A stretch of 32,902 nucleotides of DNA from Elusimicrobiota bacterium (GCA_046153645.1 JBJXGI010000079.1:1-32902), one strand, 5' to 3'. Shown: positions 1-10,777, numbered from the stretch's first letter. Notes: generated by a model not told the origin, from the sequence alone. Numbers and translations: made by a program.

Positions 1-219
1 AATGAGTTTTCCGCTGAGTCTCATGGAACAAAAATAAATGTTTTATCGATAAAAATCAAATCGTTCCTCGACGAAAAAAAAAGGTGGGTCGTCACGACAT
101 TCGCCGGAACAAATGGATCCCGGCTTACTGCTTTCTCAGCATTCTCATCCCTCAACAAAAGGGCCGGGATGACAGCTTATTGCCTTGCTTTCGCAACAGT
201 CCCAGGATTTAAAAAGTAA
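1..219 (+). CDS. Possible 3' end of a gene entering from the left (hypothetical)
   Basis: Frame +1 is open from base 1 to TAA at 217-219 (NEFSAESHGTKINVLSIKIKSFLDEKKRWVVTTFAG...PGFKK*) and converges on the 253..2214 gene. No recognisable motif. Confidence 0.3.
   Translation, partial: NEFSAESHGTKINVLSIKIKSFLDEKKRWVVTTFAGTNGSRLTAFSAFSSLNKRAGMTAYCLAFATVPGFKK
114..173. repeat. REP-like palindromic element (TGGATCCCGGC...GCCGGGATGAC)
   Basis: ATCCCGGC (117-124) and GCCGGGAT (163-170) are perfect inverted arms. The flanking TGGAT and GATGAC resemble widespread bacterial palindromic repeats. Only one copy in the window. Confidence 0.45.
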
Positions 220-252
220 GCAGTAAAAACGAGCTGATTTTAAGGAATCTTT

Positions 253-2214
253 TTACTTTATTATAGTGAAGCGAAAACTACCCCTAAATTCTTTTCCATC
301 TATTTTAGAGCTAATTGAGCCTAAATAAGTTGCAGATTTGAATAATTTTGGATCTAATGGAATTTCATAAGTTAATTTTCCATTTGTAAATTGGCTTATA
401 GTTTCAACTTTTGATTCGTAGGCCAAGTCACCAGCGATATCGTAAATTCTGAAAGACATTTCAGCGGGTTTCACATTAACTTCAATATGAAGTGTGGGCG
501 TCTGGCCTGACTTCGTGGGGTTGGGGTAAACATAAATATCACCAAAATCAATTCGAGGCTTAATGATAGCGGCATAAACTTGGTAATAACCGAACTGAGG
601 TGGGTTAAAAATAATTGTGCCGTCTTCTATTCTTTGTTGTTGAACTTTTTCCCATTTGTTCCTTGCTCTTAAAATATAAACCGCGGGAGTTCCCAAATTA
701 GATCCCAAAGTAGGAAGTTGAATAACCCGCTGATTTTGTGTACTTGGGGGTGGATTTGATTCGGGATTATAAACCAAAAGCAAATCAACACAAATATCCG
801 GATCTAACAAATTCCCAATGCCTTCTGGCGGTGGAATTTGACCATTTTCATTGGCAATTCCAAATGCATTCCCAAGGGGCAAAAGACCATTTTCTGCGCC
901 AGATTGTCCCGCTTGATTTTGAATACTATTTGGCGCATTCAAAACATCAACTTCACAATCTCGATCCGCAGCTAACGTTTCTGTTGGAATAGCGGTTTGA
1001 GTTCCGAGTGGACTGGTACTGGTTGGATAACTCGTTCCCGTATTATCGGTTGATCTTGTAGGATCCGGAACAACACCTGTATTAACAACATTGGTTCCCG
1101 TTGGGTTTGGGCACCACCAACAATACCAGGGCTCCGTAGACGTTGGGTTGGGCGTTCTTGTGGGATTCAAACTTGAAGTTGGGTCATATGAAGGGTTATA
1201 GATTATAGTTGGATTGACTATGCTTGTATTTGTTGGAGAAACACTCCCCGTTAGTGAAGCAGTCTGTGAAACCGATGGCACAATAGTCATGGAGTTCGAA
1301 GTATCTGGTGATGTTGATGCTAAACCAGTGGCAGAGGGCGTTCTAGACGTCGTTTGAGTTGTTGTGGCGTAAGTTGTCCCTGCTATTGTCGACCCTACTG
1401 ATCCAGTGACAGTGGGTGATTTGGTTGTGGTGGCAGACTTAGTAGCCGAAGTTGTTGCCGATGTGGTTGCCGTCGTTGTTTTGGTTGTTGTGGCAGTTGT
1501 AGTGGCTGACGTCGTTTTAGTTGTGGTTTTCGTTGTTGTTGTTGTGGGATAACAAAAGTTAGGCCCGTTGACCCAAGTATGAAGAGCGATTTTCCCAGCT
1601 GATTGAGGAGAAACACCATAGGAGGCAACAATAAAAACAGCTTTTTGGTTTGCCGTTAACCTTGGCTTATCTTTCAAATTAAAATAAGGCTTAGCCAGAG
1701 TTGGATCAATTTCGTATCTTAGAACATCATCAACTGTTGGATTGCCTCCCATAATAACCAATTTTTTAGATTCTAAAACTTGCCCCAAATTATGAATTTG
1801 AGACTGAGAATAACTCGGTGCCCAACCACTATCAACAATACTTAAATAAGCTGCAACGTTATTTACATCATAGGGTGCAATTCCAGGGGTTTGGTTCCCA
1901 CAGGGTGGAGGCAATTTATATTCAGCGCGTAGTTTAAATGTTGCTTTGCAATCCTGAACACTGACGGCATAAATTTCCGCGATATTACCACCCGCAGCCG
2001 CTTTATCAACGCAGAAATTATTGGCGCCACAGGAATTAGGATCGTCAATCACTGTACAAGCACAATTAACAGGAGGAGGACATTGTTGAGCTTCCACAAA
2101 AGTATTAAATTGAGATAAAACAATTGAAGAAGTAATAAATAGTCGGCAAACAGAAAAAAAATTTATTTTCTGCATTTTTTTAAAAATATTTAATGCTGCT
2201 ATTCGTTTTTCCAT
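253..2214 (-). CDS. Secreted protein: Cys-rich N-terminus, Thr/Ser/Pro-rich stalk, T9SS type A/FlgD-Ig-like C-terminal domain
   Basis: Signal-peptide-like N-terminus ending VEA, Cys-rich CPPPVNCAC...C...C, long poly-Thr linker, C-terminal IYVYPNP...RIYDIAGDL...Y motif. The true start may be the second Met (MQKINFF). Confidence 0.8.
   Translation of the reverse strand: MEKRIAALNIFKKMQKINFFSVCRLFITSSIVLSQFNTFVEAQQCPPPVNCACTVIDDPNSCGANNFCVDKAAAGGNIAEIYAVSVQDCKATFKLRAEYKLPPPCGNQTPGIAPYDVNNVAAYLSIVDSGWAPSYSQSQIHNLGQVLESKKLVIMGGNPTVDDVLRYEIDPTLAKPYFNLKDKPRLTANQKAVFIVASYGVSPQSAGKIALHTWVNGPNFCYPTTTTTKTTTKTTSATTTATTTKTTTATTSATTSATKSATTTKSPTVTGSVGSTIAGTTYATTTQTTSRTPSATGLASTSPDTSNSMTIVPSVSQTASLTGSVSPTNTSIVNPTIIYNPSYDPTSSLNPTRTPNPTSTEPWYCWWCPNPTGTNVVNTGVVPDPTRSTDNTGTSYPTSTSPLGTQTAIPTETLAADRDCEVDVLNAPNSIQNQAGQSGAENGLLPLGNAFGIANENGQIPPPEGIGNLLDPDICVDLLLVYNPESNPPPSTQNQRVIQLPTLGSNLGTPAVYILRARNKWEKVQQQRIEDGTIIFNPPQFGYYQVYAAIIKPRIDFGDIYVYPNPTKSGQTPTLHIEVNVKPAEMSFRIYDIAGDLAYESKVETISQFTNGKLTYEIPLDPKLFKSATYLGSISSKIDGKEFRGSFRFTIIK
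1411..1544 (-). repeat. Low-complexity Thr-rich coding repeat (mucin-like linker)
   Basis: (GTT)n-rich tract on the + strand encoding TTTTTKTTTKTTSATTTATTTKTTTATTSATTSATKSATTTKSPT. Confidence 0.85.
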
Positions 2215-2220
2215 AATTAC

Positions 2221-2238
2221 ACTTTATAATTATAAAGT
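2221..2238. promoter_or_regulatory. Perfect 18-bp palindrome containing TATAAT on both strands (candidate operator or -10 box)
   Basis: ACTTTATAATTATAAAGT is its own reverse complement and lies 6 bp upstream of the ATG at 2214. Confidence 0.45.
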
Positions 2239-2382
2239 ATTCATTAACGAGTTTGTTAACTTACACATTAAAAACACCTTAATATTCGGTTAATATTTAA
2301 CGAAACTGAAAATGGAGCCCAATAAATCAAGTTTGATAGATATTGCGAAGATTTACAATGAAATATAGATATATTTTTAAAT

Positions 2383-2397
2383 TGGCACAAATGTTGC
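2383..2397 (+). promoter_or_regulatory. Sigma54 (-24/-12) promoter
   Basis: TGGCAC-AAATG-TTGC matches TGGCAC-N5-TTGC exactly, oriented towards the ATG at 2411. Confidence 0.7.
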
Positions 2398-2410
2398 GTG
2401 AATACTAAAT

Positions 2411-3298
2411 ATGGTTAAACAAAATAATAAATGGGTTCATTCTTCAATTGGGTTTGTTATTTTAGCCCTTATTTTAGTGGGGTTAAGTGGCGCGTCCATT
2501 GAAGTCCCCGTTATGCCCCATGAACCTGAAATATTGGCCCAAGAATTTAAATTTGACGCGCAATCGACAGGGCTCATCGAAAAATTAGATCAACTAGGAC
2601 TTCTCAGTAGATTAAATGAAGACCGCTTGGATGAGTTTTTAGAATTACAAATAAACACGAAAAGATCATTGGCTCAAATTCTTAATGACAAAGAGTGGCA
2701 AAAAGAGTTGGGGCTCACTTCGAATCGATTTTTGGCAACTTGGTATGTGGCCAATCCGTTTGAAATGTTACCCGTGGAAATTCAAAAAGGCATTAAAAAA
2801 GTATCCGTTCCATTCAAAACAAGACGTGATATTAGTCGCTGGTTAGAACAAATCAAAGCGCCAAGTATCTGGACAAAAGCAATAGAAGTAGCATTGGTTG
2901 AAACAACTCCTCAAAATTTATGGCGAGCTTCAAGAGGTCTTCGTCCCTATGCGAAAAATGGACAGTTTCTTGAGCCTATTGTGATTGATCATGGAAAAGG
3001 CAAAATTGAAACCAGAGAAGGACACATTGCCACTGACCCGAGAGTTATTCCAACCAACTCCAAAGTTATTTTACTGGTGAGAGTGAAAGGAAAAGATCAC
3101 GTTTTAAAAGTAAAAGCAGCTGATATTGGCCAAGCGATTAAAGGATATCACGTCGATTTACCAGTTCATATGAGCAAACCCAAGAATCCAATGCCCTACT
3201 TAAGATTACCGAGAGAATATCTACACAACCCAACAGTCCAAATATTAATACCAAAACAAAGGTCTCGTATAAAAACTAGTCTAAATCGAAAGGCCTAA
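2411..3298 (+). CDS. Membrane-anchored or exported 3D-domain protein (MltA-like, putative peptidoglycan lytic enzyme)
   Basis: N-terminal hydrophobic segment. C-terminal GHIATDPRVIPTNSKV...AADIGQAIKGYHVDL contains the three Asp of the 3D domain. Confidence 0.8.
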   Translation: MVKQNNKWVHSSIGFVILALILVGLSGASIEVPVMPHEPEILAQEFKFDAQSTGLIEKLDQLGLLSRLNEDRLDEFLELQINTKRSLAQILNDKEWQKELGLTSNRFLATWYVANPFEMLPVEIQKGIKKVSVPFKTRRDISRWLEQIKAPSIWTKAIEVALVETTPQNLWRASRGLRPYAKNGQFLEPIVIDHGKGKIETREGHIATDPRVIPTNSKVILLVRVKGKDHVLKVKAADIGQAIKGYHVDLPVHMSKPKNPMPYLRLPREYLHNPTVQILIPKQRSRIKTSLNRKA

Positions 3299-3581
3299 GC
3301 GGTTTTTCAGAAATCCCTTCTTTCTTAACTTTTTCAACTTCTGATTGGAAAACGTTTTCTAATTTCTTTTTATGATCTTTCATTTCATCTTGTTTTTGTT
3401 CAAACAGATGAACTCTTTTCTTCTTGGCGTCTTCTATTTTTTTTAACGCGGCGTTCATTTTATCTTCACCTGAAACTTGATTTTCTTGGGCTGACCACTT
3501 TCCTACAATGCCCCCCGACGCCGCGTCAATTTCAAGCATTCCTTTGCAATGTGGGCAGGTCACATAATGAGTTTTGCTCAT
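3276..3581 (-). CDS. Small hypothetical protein with N-terminal CPxC knuckle and coiled coil
   Basis: VTCPHCKGMLEID followed by a Lys/Glu-rich helix ending RPFDLD. Start overlaps the ftsB stop (ATGA). Confidence 0.75.
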   Translation of the reverse strand: MSKTHYVTCPHCKGMLEIDAASGGIVGKWSAQENQVSGEDKMNAALKKIEDAKKKRVHLFEQKQDEMKDHKKKLENVFQSEVEKVKKEGISEKPLRPFDLD

Positions 3582-3865
3582 TGATTAATAAACCGAATTT
3601 CTTTTTCACCCGGTCGAAGGTAGCCTAAATCTCTTCGGACAAGATATTCATAATAGGTGGGGTTTTTATTGAGACTATTCAGTTTTTCACGTGTCATGAC
3701 AACTTCTTGATTAAGTTCAGTTAATTCTTGATTGGCTTGGCGTATCGCTTTTTGGTTGGAGATGGTTTTACGCACATTACCATTAAAAACATAGATCATC
3801 ATAAGTAGTGCAAAACCACCTATGATGATCCATTTTTTATGGGTTTTAAAAATCGATAAATCCAT
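3578..3865 (-). CDS. ftsB: Septum formation initiator FtsB/DivIC
   Basis: One TM helix, coiled coil, EYLVRRDLGYLRPGE motif. Classic position directly downstream of eno. Confidence 0.85.
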   Translation of the reverse strand: MDLSIFKTHKKWIIIGGFALLMMIYVFNGNVRKTISNQKAIRQANQELTELNQEVVMTREKLNSLNKNPTYYEYLVRRDLGYLRPGEKEIRFINQ

Positions 3866-3891
3866 TAAAAAGAGTATATCTTTTTATTGAA

Positions 3892-6435
<2,544 letters not shown>

Positions 6436-6439
<4 letters not shown>

Positions 6440-7185
6440 TTGATAATTTGCGTGCCTTTCTCAATTTGAATTCCCCAATTACCATTTGTTATGGTGACTT
6501 GTTTAATTCCTTTGAGAATAGCCATGCGTGCTGATTGTATTTTGGGAATCATTCCACCTGTCACAACACCTGATTTAATATAGCCATCTATTTTATTTAA
6601 TCTCAAAATAGGAATTCTTTTTTTGTTTTGATCCAAAACACCAGGAACATTCGTGAGAAAAACAAGATTATCCACTTTCAATTCTTGTCCAATGGCGCTG
6701 GCGGCATCATCCGCGTTAATATTAACCGCGTTTCCTTTCGAATCAGATCCAACTGATGAAATGACGGGAGAAAATCCATTTGAAATAAGAGCTTTTAATA
6801 AATGCGTGTTAATTTTCACAGGTTTTGCCGCACGGCCCAAACCTGGAATGGGAGAAGCAATAACCAAGTTCCCATCTCGGCAAGAAAGTCCCACTGAGGG
6901 AATGCCTTTAAAATTTAATTCGCCCACAAGTCCTTTATTAATTTCACCACTTAGGACTCGTTCAACGACAATCATTGCTTCAGGAGAAGTAACTCTTCTT
7001 CCTAGTTTAAATTCGTGAGGAATATTTGCCTTAGTTAATTCCTGCTCAATTTGAGGGCCGCCACCATGCAATAAAACAACGGCATATTTTTTTCGCAGCC
7101 TCAAAATATCTTTGATAATTTTTTCCCGAATTAGGCGGCTACCCACCATTTCCCCACCAGCTTTTATGAGCCAAACTTTTTTCAT
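6436..7185 (-). CDS. argB: Acetylglutamate kinase
   Basis: KAGG, HGGGPQI, GRRVT, NINADDAA and GGMIPK motifs. Start moved from 7209 to the ATG at 7185 (AAGGA SD, ATGA overlap with the upstream stop). Confidence 0.93.
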
Positions 7186-7904
7186 TTTGATTCCTTGTAA
7201 TATTCGCATCGCTTCCCAATTTCACAAAAAGAGCAATAAGATATGTTGGGTGTAAATATCTTATTTTTAATCTGATTGGCTGTTTTTTGGATAAGTGTTT
7301 CGAGTTCTAAATATTGATCATCCGAACGAGATGTTTCAACCCAGGTGTGAGATGATAGAAAATAATATTTAAGTCGAGGATTATTAATTTTTAATTCTTT
7401 TTTCATGGCATAAGCGTAAAGCGTCATCTGCAAATCCTGGTTTATTTTTTGATCGCTCCATCCTTCCTGGTTTGATTTATATTCAATGATTTCATAAATA
7501 CCAGCGGGACTCAAGTCAAGCCGATCGATAATACCGATGAGGGTAAGATCAGAGTTTATCTCTATTCGAAATTCTCTTTCTGTTTCAATCTTTTGTGATT
7601 TGTTATTTTGATGATCTATCAAAAAATTTCTGAGGATGTCTTTTCCTTTAGAATAGGTGTCTAGTGTTTGTTCGATTGATTTGTAACCTTCATTGACCCA
7701 GGCTTGATCATAAATCTCCAGGAGACGTTCTAGTGTTTTTTCAGAATTTTCATCGTCTAGAAAAGCGCCTAAAGTTCGATGTAACGACGTACCAAAAGAC
7801 ATGGAACCCGTTTTTCCACCTCTCATCCCTTCGTCAAAAACCAAGTGATATAACCAAGGACACCGTTGAAAACTTTGGATTCTAGAAAACGAAAGATCTA
7901 TCAA
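7182..7904 (-). CDS. PD-(D/E)XK nuclease, RecB/AddB/Cas4-like, with a probable Fe-S cluster
   Basis: SFSRIQSFQRCP, GTSLH, GIIDRLD, IIEYKS, QMTLY and a C-terminal CSFCEIGKRC (1+3 Cys). TTG start overlapping the rsmD stop. Confidence 0.88.
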   Translation of the reverse strand: MIDLSFSRIQSFQRCPWLYHLVFDEGMRGGKTGSMSFGTSLHRTLGAFLDDENSEKTLERLLEIYDQAWVNEGYKSIEQTLDTYSKGKDILRNFLIDHQNNKSQKIETEREFRIEINSDLTLIGIIDRLDLSPAGIYEIIEYKSNQEGWSDQKINQDLQMTLYAYAMKKELKINNPRLKYYFLSSHTWVETSRSDDQYLELETLIQKTANQIKNKIFTPNISYCSFCEIGKRCEYYKESK

Positions 7905-8479
7905 ACATTGTCCTCAACAAATCGAAAAAAATCTACCAAGGTGTCTCCGTATTTTTCTGTTCTAAATTTAATGAGATTCTGAACCTGATCGGGAATTTTT
8001 TCTTTTTGATGATGCTGAATAATAATGACTCCTTTCGGATTTAACAACTTATGATTAATTATGTTTGAAAGAGTTGGTTCCGATAAGCTTAGTGGTTTTT
8101 TATTTTCATCAACATAGGGTGGCCCCATAAAGATAATGTCATAGGTGGGACCTTCGAAAGGAAATTTTTGAGTGACATCAAGCGAAAATGTTTCCGATTT
8201 ATCTCTGAACCCGAGTTTGTCGAGATTGGATTGAAGATGGCTTAATGTCTGCCGATTCTTCTCAATAAAAACAACTTTTTTGGCCCCATTTGATAAAGCC
8301 TCCATTCCAACTGATCCCGTTCCTGCGTAGAGATCTAAAAAAGTGCAGTTGGGTAAACGGAAGTGAAGAATATCAAACAGAGATTTCTTAATTCGACTTA
8401 GGATGGGTCTTAAATAAAGGCCTTTCGGAAGTGGTAGTAAACTACGACCTCTGGCTGAACCCGATAATATTTTTTGCAT
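7901..8479 (-). CDS. rsmD: 16S rRNA m2G966 methyltransferase RsmD family
   Basis: KILSGSARGR, LRP, FLDLYAGTGSVGMEALSNGA and EKYGDT motifs. Start moved from 8533 (inside the tRNA) to MQKILSG at 8479. Confidence 0.9.
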   Translation of the reverse strand: MQKILSGSARGRSLLPLPKGLYLRPILSRIKKSLFDILHFRLPNCTFLDLYAGTGSVGMEALSNGAKKVVFIEKNRQTLSHLQSNLDKLGFRDKSETFSLDVTQKFPFEGPTYDIIFMGPPYVDENKKPLSLSEPTLSNIINHKLLNPKGVIIIQHHQKEKIPDQVQNLIKFRTEKYGDTLVDFFRFVEDNV

Positions 8480-8491
8480 GGAAATTAAAAG

Positions 8492-8564
8492 TGGAGCTGA
8501 TCGGGATTGAACCGACGACCTCCTGCATGCCATGCAGGCGCTCTCCCAGCTGAGCTACAGCCCC
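8492..8564 (-). tRNA. tRNA-Ala (GGC), CCA not encoded
   Basis: GGGGCTGTAGCTCAGCTGGGAGAGCGCCTGCATGGCATGCAGGAGGTCGTCGGTTCAATCCCGATCAGCTCCA: full cloverleaf, G3:U70 alanine identity pair, anticodon GGC, followed by CTT rather than CCA. Confidence 0.98.
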
Positions 8565-8637
8565 TTTCTCACTTGTATCAATAATCTTGAATTGAGTTAA
8601 CTAACCAAGAAGTGAAGAAGGGATCCTACTAAAAAAA

Positions 8638-10542
8638 TTATTTTGATTCAACATAGGGAACAATTCCATTAAATCCAGAAGCACCTGGAAATATTCTTTT
8701 CTGTTCTTCGATTGTTTGAGACAGAATGTCGATGATGGGCGGTGGGTTTGCCCCTAAGGTGGCCCCTCCAAAATTTCGAGCACTTGCAGAGGGTGAAATG
8801 GAGGCCGGAGTTATTTCCATTTCACCTTTTGCTGGTACCGCACCTAAAGCAATAACACTCAGACGCCATTTTTCAGGATCGCCTTTTAAAATTGATCGCG
8901 GAACAGAAACAGAAAGCGTATTTGAATTTGGAGTGATGGTTGATAAAAGTTTTAATCGACGTGGTGAAGCATTTGATAGTGCTTGAAATAAATGGGCTTG
9001 GCCAGGAATCAAATTGAGCGCATATTCCCAAGCGGCATTTTTGTCGATGGAAACAGCTCCTCTGTTTTTAAGAGGTGTTGTGTTTCCCGCTCCAGAAACA
9101 CGATTTACATCAATATAAACATCGAAGAGTGGTTGGAGAATGGTTTTTGCGCTAACAAAAGGTCCTTCCGTCATTATTGAAAAAGTAATCTGATCTTCAT
9201 CCCACGAAATCGAAAATTCTTTAATATCAAAAATCCCTTTATTATTCCCTCCGGTTGGATAAGTGAAGTTCCCTGGTCCAAAATCATCTTGAGATAAATC
9301 ATTCCAAGTTGATTTTTGATTTCCGCTGGTAAAAAAAGGTTTATCACTTGCAGAAGGCATATGAGGCTTTACATAAGTGTTATTTATTTTGGGATTATAT
9401 TGTTCCGAAAACGACCGATTCAAATAAGGCGGTATTGGTAAACCACAAAGTCGATAGACATTGCTGAGGGTGGCTAGAAAAGTTCTTTCACTATTGGGAA
9501 TAAGTACATCCGTTTGACCCAACGCCAGTAAAAAATCTCCAGCTTGAGCTTGATAAAGTTCCTCGAGCGCAGAATCAAGCCTCTGTAAGTTCGCTGTTCC
9601 AGAATTTTTATATTTTTCAATATTAGACCTGGCTTCACTTAAGCTGTACCAAGCGCGCTTTTGTTGCGGAGTTTGGATCCAAAGACTAAAGTCGTTTTCG
9701 AACTTAAAATCTTTGTCATTGATGATCAATTCTTCTGGAGCCGTTTCAGTTAATTCTATACCGGTTTGAAACTGTGCATTATCCAGATTAGCGCGTTTAC
9801 TTATTTGGGTTAAAAACGCCAAATCGGAAGCTGGATCATCACGCAAAGAAGAATCTACCAGCGCAAAGGGTCTTTCTAGGGCCCAAATGGCTGTCTCTTT
9901 GGCCCAATTATCAGTTGAAATAGACGGGTCTAAAAGAGGTTGAGGTTCTGATACAACCAACCCCATTCCCCCAAAAAATAAAATACCCCATTTATTATCA
10001 GGTTTTGAAACAATCCAATTGATTCTGAATCTTTTTAGAGAATCAATAACATCAACAGATAAAGCCAAATAGGGAGGATAAAACCCATTAGGCTGCTGTA
10101 ACCATTCTTTTTGAAATCGTCCGCTGCCTCTGGCTATTTGAGCGGCGATATCATCAGGCCAAATATAATCAAAACCCCACTTTAAAACGCGGTCCCCGGC
10201 CTGACTTAAACGCGATAAAAGCGGTAAATTTGGCTCATTATTGAGAGTTAATGCCACTTCTATTTGCCCAGAACTCTGAAGAACCCTAAACTTCTGAAGG
10301 GTTTCTTTGCGTTTTGGATCTGTGAAATAGCGTGCTGGAAAAATAAGGTTAATTTTTAAAAAAGGTTTGGTTGAGAGAAACTTCTGAATCTGATCTGCAT
10401 CTCCCTCTGGGTGCAAAACTAAAAATATTGACCAGTCATGGGGTGTAGAAACAACACGCGGTTGGTCTTCAGAATGAATTCGAGCACAGACAAGATTTAA
10501 AACAAAAAAAAGTCCGAGAAATATATGTTTTTGAGATTTCAT
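8638..10542 (-). CDS. Exported GH57-like (degenerate) protein with C-terminal glucodextranase DOMON-like domain
   Basis: Signal-peptide-like N-terminus. GQIEV...PNLPLL...DIAAQI...PNGFYPP resembles the GH57 amylopullulanase core. DDFGPGNFTYPT...FDIKEF...YID...AWEYAL resembles the glucodextranase C-terminal DOMON domain. Confidence 0.75.
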   Translation of the reverse strand: MKSQKHIFLGLFFVLNLVCARIHSEDQPRVVSTPHDWSIFLVLHPEGDADQIQKFLSTKPFLKINLIFPARYFTDPKRKETLQKFRVLQSSGQIEVALTLNNEPNLPLLSRLSQAGDRVLKWGFDYIWPDDIAAQIARGSGRFQKEWLQQPNGFYPPYLALSVDVIDSLKRFRINWIVSKPDNKWGILFFGGMGLVVSEPQPLLDPSISTDNWAKETAIWALERPFALVDSSLRDDPASDLAFLTQISKRANLDNAQFQTGIELTETAPEELIINDKDFKFENDFSLWIQTPQQKRAWYSLSEARSNIEKYKNSGTANLQRLDSALEELYQAQAGDFLLALGQTDVLIPNSERTFLATLSNVYRLCGLPIPPYLNRSFSEQYNPKINNTYVKPHMPSASDKPFFTSGNQKSTWNDLSQDDFGPGNFTYPTGGNNKGIFDIKEFSISWDEDQITFSIMTEGPFVSAKTILQPLFDVYIDVNRVSGAGNTTPLKNRGAVSIDKNAAWEYALNLIPGQAHLFQALSNASPRRLKLLSTITPNSNTLSVSVPRSILKGDPEKWRLSVIALGAVPAKGEMEITPASISPSASARNFGGATLGANPPPIIDILSQTIEEQKRIFPGASGFNGIVPYVESK

Positions 10543-10721
10543 TATTGCGCAGATAAACTATGTAAATAAATCCCAGTTGTGCCGCTTCTGAGTTGCAGCA
10601 ATTCATTTTTTACCTCCGCCCCTTCTTTTCTGGATTTCCAAAAAAGAGATACAGAAATCCCAATGAGAACAAGAGATAAAAGCGAAGATAATATGATGAG
10701 AGTTATTTTCTGAGAGGACAT
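10542..10721 (-). CDS. 59-aa single-pass membrane protein (not in the ORF track)
   Basis: MSSQKITLIILSSLLSLVLIGISVSLFWKSRKEGAEVKNELLQLRSGTTGIYLHSLSAQ*. Its TAA overlaps the next ATG (TAATG). Confidence 0.7.
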   Translation of the reverse strand: MSSQKITLIILSSLLSLVLIGISVSLFWKSRKEGAEVKNELLQLRSGTTGIYLHSLSAQ

Positions 10722-10744
10722 TTTTTTCCGACCCTTTGTGTTTT

Positions 10745-10777
10745 AAAAAAACCTCTGAAATTTAAAGCTTGAGAGGC
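10745..10777 (-). terminator. Possible weak intrinsic terminator after the PilZ gene
   Basis: Minus strand GCCUCUCAAG-CUUUAAA-UUUCAGAGG followed by a run of U: imperfect stem plus U-tract. Confidence 0.35.

Noticed and set aside
3276..3298. 23-nt convergent overlap between the 3D-domain gene and the CPxC gene
   Set aside because: Short tail-to-tail overlaps are common in compact genomes.
7182..7904. CRISPR-Cas locus suggested by the Cas4-like nuclease
   Set aside because: No repeat-spacer array or other cas gene is visible in the window.
8480..8533. N-terminal extension of the rsmD ORF (MACRRSSVQSRSAP)
   Set aside because: It is a translation of the tRNA-Ala gene. The real start is at 8479.
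8492..8564. tRNA as an integration site for a genomic island
   Set aside because: No integrase, and no direct-repeat copy of the tRNA 3' end was noticed. The flanking genes look native.
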